Translations under genes and position numbers: made by a program
Assembly: GCA_018061645.1 (NCBI GenBank)
Contig: JAGOTT010000003.1
Span: 9,326 to 73,325, forward strand
Length of the DNA stretch: 64,000 nucleotides
Origin: Candidatus Moraniibacteriota bacterium
GTDB taxonomy: Bacteria > Patescibacteriota > Minisyncoccia > Moranbacterales > UBA1568
Direction of reading: 5' to 3'
Shown: positions 55,442 to 64,000 of the stretch, piece by piece
Layout: each line of letters begins with the position of its first letter
Position numbering within the stretch: the stretch's first letter is position 1
Notes under the pieces: model-generated
Databases searched by the model: none
What the model was told of the DNA's origin: nothing
Seen by the model: only the letters and a program-made list of their open reading frames with translations

Positions 55442-56503
55442 ATGGAAGTCTCATTCATCGATCTCGGTCTCGCGAATGTCACGATACTGTTCCTTGTCGG
55501 ATTCGTCGGCGGGCTCGTGTCCGGATTCATCGGGTCGGGAGGCGCGTTCGTGATGACGCCGGCCATGATGACGCTCGGGGTTCCCGGGGTCGTCGCGGTC
55601 GCTTCGAATATCTGCCACAAATTCCCGAAGGCGCTCGTCGGAGCGCTCAAGCGGCACAAGTACGGGCAGGTGGACTGGAAGCTCGGCATCGTGATGGGCG
55701 TGTTCGCCGAGTTCGGGATGATCGCGGGGAAGCATATGATGATCGGTATCCGCGAGAGCTATGGGAACACGGGGACGGATCTCTATGTCTCCGTGATCTT
55801 CGTCGTGACGCTCGCGATCGTGGGAGGCTATGTGCTCCGCGACGCGTGGCAGCTGCATCTCGCGCATCGGAAGCATGGCGAACTGCCGCCGCACAAGCCG
55901 ACGCGGATCGCCGAGTGGATCCGAAGCGTTCACATCCCGGGGACGATGATGCGGTTCGACTGCACCGGCGTGCCGGTTTCGGTGCTCTTTCTCGCGCCTT
56001 TGGGGTTCGCGACGGGAATGCTCGCGGCGACGATCGCGGTCGGTGGGTTCATCGGCGTGCCGGCGATGATTTATCTGCTGGGCGTGCCGGCACTTACGGC
56101 GACCGCGACCGAACTCGTCATCGCGTTCGTGATGGGTCTCGGCGGAACGATCCTCTATGCGCTCGAGGGCGTTGTCGATATCCGTCTCGCGATGATCATC
56201 CTGGCGGGGTCGCTCTTCGGCATCCAGCTCGGAGCGATCGGGACGACTTATGTGAAGGATCATGTCGTGAAGTTCGTCATGGGACTCATCATGGTCATCG
56301 TGCTCGTGAGCCGCTTCTTCTATATCCCCGGGTACCTCTCGAAACTCGGGCTCATCGATCCTTGGTCCGACCGGACGATTTCTATGCTGAAAATCATGGG
56401 AGATGCGACGCTCGCGCTCGCGCTGATCGCTGGTGCCACGATCGTGCTTGTCTCGCTTTTCCGCGGGATGGCGGAAGAACGCTTGCGGACGATCGGTAAG
56501 TAG
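55442..56503 (+). CDS. TauE/SafE (DUF81) family anion exporter
   Basis: Two repeated 4-TM halves with G-rich motifs (GFVGGLVSGFIGSGGAF, VGGFIGVPAMIYLLG). Confidence 0.8.
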   Translation: MEVSFIDLGLANVTILFLVGFVGGLVSGFIGSGGAFVMTPAMMTLGVPGVVAVASNICHKFPKALVGALKRHKYGQVDWKLGIVMGVFAEFGMIAGKHMMIGIRESYGNTGTDLYVSVIFVVTLAIVGGYVLRDAWQLHLAHRKHGELPPHKPTRIAEWIRSVHIPGTMMRFDCTGVPVSVLFLAPLGFATGMLAATIAVGGFIGVPAMIYLLGVPALTATATELVIAFVMGLGGTILYALEGVVDIRLAMIILAGSLFGIQLGAIGTTYVKDHVVKFVMGLIMVIVLVSRFFYIPGYLSKLGLIDPWSDRTISMLKIMGDATLALALIAGATIVLVSLFRGMAEERLRTIGK

Positions 56504-56573
56504 TATTTCCCTTTCCGGTGGACTTTTTTCCGGTTCCGGTGTAGACTACGGTGCTATCCGTTACGGCACCGAT

Positions 56574-57215
56574 ATGATCGAAAAAGACCGCGTGCGTGAG
56601 ATACTGAAGCGTCTTAGGAAGGCGTATCCGGAGGCGGGACCGTTCGTCGAATGGTCAACGCCTTTGGAGTTGGTCGTCGGTACGGTGCTTTCGGCGCAGT
56701 GCACGGACGTCCGGGTGAATCAGGTGACGAAAATCCTGTTTCAGAAATACAAGACCGCGGAAAACTACGCGAAGGCAAGTCTCCCGACGCTCGAGCGGGA
56801 AATATTCTCCACGGGGTTCTATCGGAACAAGGCGAAACATCTGAAAGGACTCGGAAAGATCCTTTCCGAGAAATTCGGCGGGAATGTTCCGGATACGCTC
56901 GAAGGGCTCCTGTCGCTTCCGGGAGTCTCAAACAAGACCGCCTATATCGTACTCTCGAAGGCGTTCGGAAAACATGTCGGTCTTGCGGTGGATACGCACG
57001 TTTCCCGGGTCGCGCCGCGACTCGGACTGACAACCGTCACCGCGGCGGAAAAGATGTCGCAGGAACTCGGCGCGGTCTTCATGCCGAGGGACTATCTGTC
57101 CGTGAACGAGCTGTTCATAACGCACGGTCGCTCGGTCTGCATCCCGCGGAAACCCCGATGCGGGGAGTGCGTGCTCGCCGAAATATGTCCCTCGGCCAAA
57201 TCCTTTCTCGGGTAG
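56574..57215 (+). CDS. nth: Endonuclease III (HhH-GPD glycosylase with 4Fe-4S cluster)
   Basis: HhH LPGVSNKTAYIVL, catalytic region, C-terminal CIPRKPRCGECVLAEIC Fe-S motif. Confidence 0.85.
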   Translation: MIEKDRVREILKRLRKAYPEAGPFVEWSTPLELVVGTVLSAQCTDVRVNQVTKILFQKYKTAENYAKASLPTLEREIFSTGFYRNKAKHLKGLGKILSEKFGGNVPDTLEGLLSLPGVSNKTAYIVLSKAFGKHVGLAVDTHVSRVAPRLGLTTVTAAEKMSQELGAVFMPRDYLSVNELFITHGRSVCIPRKPRCGECVLAEICPSAKSFLG

Positions 57216-57228
57216 ATGCGGAGACCCA

Positions 57229-58215
57229 TTATTCTGTCTCCTGGTCGAACCGGTAGACTTTTTCGGAAATCTCCCTGACGATTCGCTCGAGGTCTTCGTG
57301 TTTTTCGCCGCGGGTCATGACGCAGAGTATATAGGGAGAGTCCTTCTCATAGACGATGCCGCAGTCGTTCAGCATGACGAACGACTTGCCGGTCGATTCG
57401 TCTTTCGTGGACGTCTCTCCGAACTTGTGCGCTATGCGGACGTCGTCCGGTACGCCGGCAGCGAGTGCTTTTTTGAAAGTGGATTCGGAGAGCTGTCCGA
57501 GAATGGTGTTCGAATATTCCGGGCGGAGATAGGACGCGTTGTAGAGGATACGGAAAAGATTCGAATAATTCTTCGCGGTGATGTCCCATCGCCCGGGATC
57601 GTCGCCGTTTGGCATCGTGTAGACTCCGAGATCCGAGAAGATTGGTTCCTGCAGGGTTGCCGAAGCGTTGAGGAGCGGGTTGACTGGAGCGTTGTCCGAA
57701 TAGACGAGCATCCGCTTCACAAGCTCCTGGACGGGGTATGATTTCCCGTTTTCGAGGGACGATTCAGGAACGTAATGTTGCCCCTTGTTGAGCGCGATGT
57801 CACTGTCGGTTATGGGAAGATCGAGGTCGAGCGTTTGCTTGTTTATCTCGGCCGCCTTGTAGATCATCATGGCGATGGGAAGCTTCGCGAGGCTTGCCGG
57901 GTAGAAATTCGCGTTTTCGTTCACACCGAACCATCGTCGCGTATCGAGGTCGCGGAAGAAGACGGAGATGCTCTCGGCGTTTCCCGCTGCCTCCTCCTTG
58001 TTGGTGTAGGCCTCGATCTCGTCGTCGATTCCTTCCACTTGCTTTATTTTTTCGTTGATCGTCCCGCAGTCGAGTTCGTCGCTCAGGAACGGATATTGTG
58101 CTGAGCATGGTTTGAATCCTTCATCGTCAGGATCCTGCTTTTTCGAATCGGAGAGCATTGCCCAGCTGATAAGTGCGCCGAGGATGACGACTGAAAAGAA
58201 TGGTATGATTTTCAT
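57229..58215 (-). CDS. Class A beta-lactamase-like serine hydrolase, secreted
   Basis: Signal peptide. SxxK (ASLAK), SDN (YSDNAP), KxG-like (HKFGETS). Confidence 0.6.
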   Translation of the reverse strand: MKIIPFFSVVILGALISWAMLSDSKKQDPDDEGFKPCSAQYPFLSDELDCGTINEKIKQVEGIDDEIEAYTNKEEAAGNAESISVFFRDLDTRRWFGVNENANFYPASLAKLPIAMMIYKAAEINKQTLDLDLPITDSDIALNKGQHYVPESSLENGKSYPVQELVKRMLVYSDNAPVNPLLNASATLQEPIFSDLGVYTMPNGDDPGRWDITAKNYSNLFRILYNASYLRPEYSNTILGQLSESTFKKALAAGVPDDVRIAHKFGETSTKDESTGKSFVMLNDCGIVYEKDSPYILCVMTRGEKHEDLERIVREISEKVYRFDQETE

Positions 58216-58357
58216 AGATGTGTGGTTTATTCCCATAATAGCATAATATAATGTGAGAGTGTTCGTGATATGGTTTTTTTCTGATTTCCGTGCTATATTT
58301 TAGAGAGAGGTATTCGGGGATTCATTTCCCGATGTTTGTTTTTGGAAAACAAAAATC

Positions 58358-61300
58358 ATGCGGAAACAGGGGACTATTTTCCGGAGGGTCGTCACGAAGA
58401 AGATAGCCGTCGCCAAATGGCAGTTCAACGCCTTCGGCGCGGTTTTTCTCGCTCTCGGGACAGTACTCGGGGCGTATGTCATCCTCTCCGGATCCATCCC
58501 GAAGATCTTCGCCTGGGATCTTTCCGATGCATGGAACTTTTCCGTTTCCGGCGATTACGCGACGTCGAGCGGGGTGATGGTGGACACGACGAACACCGAA
58601 GCGCGGCTTTCGGTGAAGAATTACGTATCCGATGTGGACACCGCGGCGCTCTATCATTTCGACGAATCCTCCGGCGGAACCGCGAACGACAGTTCGTCCG
58701 CCGCGAACCATGCGACCGTTTCAAGCGGATCATTTTCGATAGGAAATCTCAACAACGGGCTTGCGATGAACGGGTCGACATCCTCTGCGACCGCGCCGGA
58801 TACCGCGGAGACGTCGATCACCGGGGATATGACCTTGGAATCGTGGGTGAAATTCGATACCGGATTTACGGACGCGACGAGCCGAAACCGGCAGGGCGTC
58901 GTCGATAAGGGTTCGTATCAGCTTTATTTCGACAACGAGACCGGGAAAGCGGTCTTCGAGATGGCACCGTCGACGTCGAACTCCTGGTCGCAGGTCGCCG
59001 GAGCGGATCTTCTCGCTACGAACGGAAGGGAAATCGATCGAAGCTGGGATCAGAACAGCAAGAACCTCATCTTGCGACAAGTGGCTGTCGGGAGTGATGT
59101 CTATGTCGCACTCGGAAGTGTGAGTACGGCGCTCAACGGGACGGCGCTCGGCGATGCGGAGGTGTGGAAGTGTGCCGACTGCGCGACGAGTCCGGTGTGG
59201 AGCAGGATCGGCGGTGATGGCATCAATTCAAGCTGGGCGGATGGAACCTATCAGGATGCCTCCTCACTCGTTTCCGATGGAACCAATCTCTATGCCGGCC
59301 TCGGGAACAACCCTGCCGGGAAGGCGGAGGTGTGGCGATGGAACGGTACCAGCTGGGCGCAGGTCGGCGGTGACGGACTGAATTCGTCCTGGACGACGGC
59401 GGGTGCGTACGAACGGGTGACGACCATGGTCGCGGACGGAACGACCGTGTATGCCGGACTGAGTCTTTCGGCCGGCGATGCGGAGGTATGGAAATGCACG
59501 GGTTGCGACGGCGGAAGTCCGGCGTGGACGAAGATCGGTGGTGACAGTACTGGAACAGGAGATGATTCATGGGGGAACGTCTACGAAGAAGTGTCCGCGC
59601 TTCATATCACGAGCACTCGCCTCCTTGTTGTCGGTCTCGGTCTCACAAATATCGATTCGGAGGTATGGAGCTGTGATCTTGCTGGGACGTGCAACGTGAC
59701 GACCGGCTGGACGAAGCGCGGAGGAGATGGGACCGGAGTTTCGCCACAGTCGTGGGCGAGTACGACCTATGAGGAAGTCCGCTCGATAACCTCATCAGGA
59801 TCGACCGTCTATGTCGGCCTCGGTTCCGGCGCTGGTGATGCGGAAGTGTGGCGATGTGCTACGATCACTTCCTGTACGCCGACGACCGGCTGGACGCGCG
59901 TCGGTGGCGACGCTATTAATTCGAGCTGGGCGAACACGACCTACGAGCGGGTGTGGTCGCTCCTCGCCGATGGAACGACCGTGTATGCCGGACTCGGCGA
60001 TACGGCCGGCGATGCGGAGGTATGGAAATGCGCGGGTTGCGACGGCGGGAGCCCGGTGTGGAGTCAGATTGGTGGTGATGGGACCGGCATCCCTCCCGCA
60101 TCGTGGGGGAGTCAGACCGGCGCTTCGTTTCTCTATGCTTCGAGCCTCGCGAAGATTGGCAACCAACTGTTCGTCGGGGCGAGTTCGGGCGTCGGTACGT
60201 CGGGAGCCGAGATGTGGAGCTGTAATGTATCCGGCACTTGTAATGCCACGACCGGCTGGTCCCGTATCGCCGGGAACTACCTCAATAAGAGCTGGGGTGC
60301 TTTCAATCTGAACAGCGTCGAGTCACTTACGACTATCGGCGGGAAACTCTATGCCGGGACCGGATACAATACCGGTGCCGCGACGTCGAATGGTAACGCC
60401 CAGGTCTGGGAATTTGACGGGACGAATTGGACGATAATCGGCGGGCAGGGCGTAAACGGTTCCTGGGCGTACGGGCATCCGTCCATGGCAACCCCGACGA
60501 TCCGTTCGGTGACATCCATGACCGGGTATAACGGAACCTTGATAGTCGGCCTTGGTGGTAGCACCGCCGGTAATGCGCAGGTCTGGAAGTGGAATGGATC
60601 CACTTGGTCGCAAATCGGCGGAGGCGGAACCGGTGCCGGTGGACAGTCGTGGGCGAACGCTGGGAAACTCTCTGTGCCCTCGATGATGGTCGTCGGGACG
60701 GTGCTGTACGTCGGTCTTCAGGGTGCTGCCGGCGATGGTGAACTTTGGACGTGTGATTTGCTGTCGACATGCAATACGACCATCGGGTGGACGTTCCTTG
60801 GCGGCGACGCGACCGGAGCGGGTGGGCAGTCATGGAACAACACCATGTTCGAAGGGGTCTGGAGCATGGCGTCGCGTGGGACGAATATCTATATGGGACT
60901 TGGATCATCCGCGGGCGATGCGGAGGTATGGACCTGCAATGTCGGAGCGGCCTGTACCCGGACATCAGGATGGACGAAGCTCGGCGGCGATGCACTGAAC
61001 TCGAGTTGGGCGAATAGCGTGTATGAAGAAGTGACCGCACTCTCATGGTATCGAGGCGAACTGTACGCTGGTCTTGGTGCGAGTACGAGCGACGGGGAAC
61101 TGTGGAAGTGGAACGGAACGAATTGGGGTAGCGTAGCGATCGCTGGTGATGGACTGAACGGTTCGTGGAACGACGGTTTTTATGAACGCGTGAAGGCGAT
61201 TGTGTCCTATAATGGAGATCTTATCGTTTCGCTCGGAGACAACGCTGCCGGTGACGGCGAGGTATGGAAATATGATACGAGCGCCTGGACCCGTATCGGT

Positions 61301-64000
61301 GGTGACGGCGCGAATTCCGGCTGGTCGAACGTCGTGGAGCGGGTGAATGCGCTGTCCGTTTATAAGGGAAAGCTCTATGCCGGTACCGGTATCACGGCGA
61401 ATACCGATGCGATGGTCTGGGCGTTCGGAAACAATGCGCGTGTTGAGTCGACGACCACGAATTGGGGGACGGGGTGGCATCATGTCGCGGCAACGTATGA
61501 CGAAAGCAATCTCAGGCTCTATGTCGACGGGACATTGGAATCGACACAGTCCGCAAGTGGATTCATGTCCGATACGGCTCATCCGCTGGTGATCGGCGGT
61601 CTTGCCGGTTCGCAACGTTCCGGTGGCGCACCGGCAGCATTTACCGGTATGCTCGACGAGATCCGGATCAGCTCGACGGTCCGTGGCTCATTCCAAACGA
61701 CGCCCTATTCGAATTCACGTGAGACGGTTCAACCGACGACCGCTGTGCGGACGTCCGGCATCAAGAATTGGGACGACTTCGTCGCGAGCGAATCCCTGAA
61801 TGGGGGAGCTATCGAGTATCGTCTTTCGGACGACGGTGGGACCACGTGGAAATATTGGAACGGCTCTGCGTGGGCGACCTCATCCGGAACTTCGCAGGCG
61901 AGCGATGCGACGACCATCGATACGAACATCGGCACTTTCCCGGTGACGGACGACGGTATCCTGTGGCAGGCGGTACTTCTCGGGAATGGGAATCAGCTTG
62001 TCACGCTCAACTCGGTCACGCTCCAGTCGACGGCGGACACGGATGATCCGACGCCTCCGAACGCCATCATCGCGCTCGACCATGCCGCGGGAGCTCCGAT
62101 CGTGACGAATACCTGGTACCAGCATACGGCGCCTTCCTTCGAATGGTCCGGAGCGACGGATACCGGCGGTTCCGGTGTCGCGGGATATTTCGTCTATTTC
62201 GGGACGAGTAATACGGCGGTTCCGGAAACGGCGGGAATCTATCAACTCGGAAACACCTATATCGGGTCGACCGATACGAGTGGCAACGCGATCGTGTCCG
62301 GGCAGACGTATTATCTCCGGGTCCAATCAAAGGACAACGCGCAGAATATCAGTACGACGTATCCCGCATTCATCTACAAGCTTGACTCCGGAGTACCGTC
62401 CAATCCGTCCGGCGTGACGGCGGCGCCGGCGGTCTATTCGTCGTCCCCGAACTTCACCTTCCTGTGGGGGAACGGGACGGATGTCGCCTCCGGTATCGCT
62501 GGGTACCAGTACCAGGTCGGAACCGTTTCCGGACAGACCGATCCGAATCCGGCGAATTGGTCGACAACCACCACGGACCAGTTGGTCGATATCGACGATG
62601 CTGCGTATCAGACCGGTGAGAACTATTTCTGGCTCCGGACGATCGATAACGCGGGGAACGTGAGTGCGACGGATATCCGCGTGTCCTTTTATTTCGCTGG
62701 TGACGGCGCGTCCGCTCCACAGCTCCTCAATGCATCTCCGTCGACGCACACCGTCAACTCGTTTACCTTCGACTGGGATCCGCCGGCGACCTATTCATCC
62801 TCGCCTCCCGGAGATCCGTCGGATCTCACCTATTGCTATACCGTGAATACCACTCCGACCGTGGATAATTGTACGTTTACCGCGGCCGGCATCACGTCGG
62901 TCGGGCCGAGTGCGCTCGCGACGCAGGCGGGTATCAATACGTTCTATGTGGTCGCGAAGGAGGGGAGTGACGTCGGTGGGTCGATTAGCTATGCGAATTA
63001 TGCGAGCGTCTTCTTTACGGCGAACACCTCGGCTCCTGGTATCCCGCTCAATATGGATATCGCGGACGTGTCCGTGAAAAACACCGAATCATGGAAAATC
63101 GCGCTCTCGTGGGAAGCGCCGTCCGACGCGGGATCCGGCGTCGAGGAATATGAGATCTATCATTCGGATGATGACGGATCGACCTATGAGAAGGTGGCCT
63201 CCACCTCCGGTATCGCCTTCGTCCATACGGGACTGACGCAGGATACGCACTACTATAAGGTGCGTGCCTGCGACAACGTCCATAACTGCGGAGCGTTCAG
63301 TACCGCGGTATCGCTTTATCCGACAGGAAAATATACGACGGCAGCCGAACTGACCGCAGGCCCGACGGTATCGCTCATCACGACGAAGAGTGCGACCATC
63401 ACCTGGTCGACCGACCGTACCTCGGATACCAAAGTGGAATATGGCAAGAGTTCCGGAACCTATTTCGACGAGGAGCCGAGTAATTCCGATCAGCTTACGG
63501 AACATACGATCAAGCTCCTGAACCTCTCACCGGGGACGACATATCACTTCAAGGCGAAGTGGACGGACGAGGACGGGAATACCGGTATCTCCGCGGAGAA
63601 GTCCTTCAAGACCGAGCCGGCGCCGACCATCACCGATCCGAAGACGAAGAACGTCTCGCTCAACAGTGCGATTCTCGAGTTCACGACCAAGGGGGCGTCG
63701 AAGGTGAAGATCTACTACGGACTCTCATCATCCTTCGGGAACGTGAAGGAGGTATCCGTCTCGACCGCGGAATCGACCTATACGACCGCGCTCGACGACC
63801 TTGTCGACGGGACGAAATATTTCTACAAGATAAACACGGTCGATACCGAAGATGAGGAATACGAAGGGAATACGCTCACATTCGAGACCCTGCCGCGGCC
63901 GAAAATCGACAATGTCCGCATCCAGCAGGCACGCGGAACGGCTCAGACAGTGCTTCTCGTCACCTGGGAAACCAATACCGAAACTTCGTCTATCGTCACG
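58358..64000 (+). CDS. Giant cell-surface protein (more than 1881 aa, 3' end outside window). N-terminal TM anchor, two LamG/concanavalin-like domains, about 14 Cys-containing approximately 55-aa repeats, fibronectin-III-like domains.
   Basis: Frame 2 is stop-free from the TAG at 58301-58303 to nt 64000. First ATG at 58358. N-terminal TM: FGAVFLALGTVLGAYVILSG. Repeats of the form GDAEVWKCxGCDGGSPxWtxIGGDG.NSSWA. LamG-like segment WHHVAATYDESNLRLYVDG. FN3-like segments. Omitted from the ORF track, which appears to require an in-window stop. Confidence 0.75.
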   Translation, partial: MRKQGTIFRRVVTKKIAVAKWQFNAFGAVFLALGTVLGAYVILSGSIPKIFAWDLSDAWNFSVSGDYATSSGVMVDTTNTEARLSVKNYVSDVDTAALYHFDESSGGTANDSSSAANHATVSSGSFSIGNLNNGLAMNGSTSSATAPDTAETSITGDMTLESWVKFDTGFTDATSRNRQGVVDKGSYQLYFDNETGKAVFEMAPSTSNSWSQVAGADLLATNGREIDRSWDQNSKNLILRQVAVGSDVYVALGSVSTALNGTALGDAEVWKCADCATSPVWSRIGGDGINSSWADGTYQDASSLVSDGTNLYAGLGNNPAGKAEVWRWNGTSWAQVGGDGLNSSWTTAGAYERVTTMVADGTTVYAGLSLSAGDAEVWKCTGCDGGSPAWTKIGGDSTGTGDDSWGNVYEEVSALHITSTRLLVVGLGLTNIDSEVWSCDLAGTCNVTTGWTKRGGDGTGVSPQSWASTTYEEVRSITSSGSTVYVGLGSGAGDAEVWRCATITSCTPTTGWTRVGGDAINSSWANTTYERVWSLLADGTTVYAGLGDTAGDAEVWKCAGCDGGSPVWSQIGGDGTGIPPASWGSQTGASFLYASSLAKIGNQLFVGASSGVGTSGAEMWSCNVSGTCNATTGWSRIAGNYLNKSWGAFNLNSVESLTTIGGKLYAGTGYNTGAATSNGNAQVWEFDGTNWTIIGGQGVNGSWAYGHPSMATPTIRSVTSMTGYNGTLIVGLGGSTAGNAQVWKWNGSTWSQIGGGGTGAGGQSWANAGKLSVPSMMVVGTVLYVGLQGAAGDGELWTCDLLSTCNTTIGWTFLGGDATGAGGQSWNNTMFEGVWSMASRGTNIYMGLGSSAGDAEVWTCNVGAACTRTSGWTKLGGDALNSSWANSVYEEVTALSWYRGELYAGLGASTSDGELWKWNGTNWGSVAIAGDGLNGSWNDGFYERVKAIVSYNGDLIVSLGDNAAGDGEVWKYDTSAWTRIGGDGANSGWSNVVERVNALSVYKGKLYAGTGITANTDAMVWAFGNNARVESTTTNWGTGWHHVAATYDESNLRLYVDGTLESTQSASGFMSDTAHPLVIGGLAGSQRSGGAPAAFTGMLDEIRISSTVRGSFQTTPYSNSRETVQPTTAVRTSGIKNWDDFVASESLNGGAIEYRLSDDGGTTWKYWNGSAWATSSGTSQASDATTIDTNIGTFPVTDDGILWQAVLLGNGNQLVTLNSVTLQSTADTDDPTPPNAIIALDHAAGAPIVTNTWYQHTAPSFEWSGATDTGGSGVAGYFVYFGTSNTAVPETAGIYQLGNTYIGSTDTSGNAIVSGQTYYLRVQSKDNAQNISTTYPAFIYKLDSGVPSNPSGVTAAPAVYSSSPNFTFLWGNGTDVASGIAGYQYQVGTVSGQTDPNPANWSTTTTDQLVDIDDAAYQTGENYFWLRTIDNAGNVSATDIRVSFYFAGDGASAPQLLNASPSTHTVNSFTFDWDPPATYSSSPPGDPSDLTYCYTVNTTPTVDNCTFTAAGITSVGPSALATQAGINTFYVVAKEGSDVGGSISYANYASVFFTANTSAPGIPLNMDIADVSVKNTESWKIALSWEAPSDAGSGVEEYEIYHSDDDGSTYEKVASTSGIAFVHTGLTQDTHYYKVRACDNVHNCGAFSTAVSLYPTGKYTTAAELTAGPTVSLITTKSATITWSTDRTSDTKVEYGKSSGTYFDEEPSNSDQLTEHTIKLLNLSPGTTYHFKAKWTDEDGNTGISAEKSFKTEPAPTITDPKTKNVSLNSAILEFTTKGASKVKIYYGLSSSFGNVKEVSVSTAESTYTTALDDLVDGTKYFYKINTVDTEDEEYEGNTLTFETLPRPKIDNVRIQQARGTAQTVLLVTWETNTETSSIVT

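Noticed and set aside
57216-57245. GGAGAC...GTCTCC hairpin between nth and the beta-lactamase-like gene as a terminator
   Set aside because: Stem overlaps the 3' end of the - strand CDS and lacks a clear U-tract. Too weak to call.
1-64000. Alternative genetic code (UGA=Gly as in some candidate-phyla bacteria)
   Set aside because: Long intact ORFs with TGA used as a stop at ATGA overlaps (e.g. 22003, 22699, 26870, 18209). The standard code fits.

Overview
High-GC (roughly 60%) bacterial chromosomal window with about 60 protein-coding genes, mostly on the + strand. It contains one tRNA-Ala(UGC), no rRNA, and no CRISPR array. The backbone is housekeeping: rpsR 3' end, efp, a PilB/GspE-family ATPase, rmuC, a GT2 glycosyltransferase plus a MraY/WecA-like glycosyltransferase, a CrtI-like oxidoreductase, a UbiB-family kinase, RelA/SpoT, pyruvate kinase, topA, dprA, nth, a TauE/SafE exporter and TspO. 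Accessory content: (i) 19.4-24.1 kb, a host-GC accessory block. Two approximately 85%-identical paralogs of an unknown 188-aa gene, each with its own promoter and terminator, flank a RhuM-N-terminus/Doc(Fic)-toxin-like gene that carries an operator palindrome on its -10 box. They are followed by two unknown small genes sharing a conserved leader motif with translationally coupled uORFs, and a wHTH/Cas2-fold (PaaX-like) gene bracketed by identical 36-bp palindromes. (ii) 24.2-31.25 kb, a low-GC (approximately 38-40%) island. It carries a Type III R-M system (mod ... res) interrupted by an unknown gene and a DUF3800 gene, preceded by an AbrB/MazE-like gene. (iii) 49.6-54.8 kb, a lower-GC (approximately 49%) two-gene island immediately 3' of tRNA-Ala: an AsnB-type amidotransferase fused to a periplasmic-binding-protein-like domain and an unknown domain, plus a radical-SAM enzyme. 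(iv) Recurring palindromic DNA elements: a TTACGTAAC dyad motif at 7 intergenic sites, a 135-bp CA/GT-rich hairpin element in 2 copies, and a CATAAT..ACGGCCGT..ATTATG palindrome in 3 copies. A giant surface-protein ORF (58358 to window end, more than 1880 aa) is missing from the supplied ORF track because it has no stop codon inside the window. Several competence-type genes (pilB-like, tfoX-N, dprA, secreted thermonuclease) are scattered through the window. All calls rest on reading the sequence and the translations; no database searches were run.
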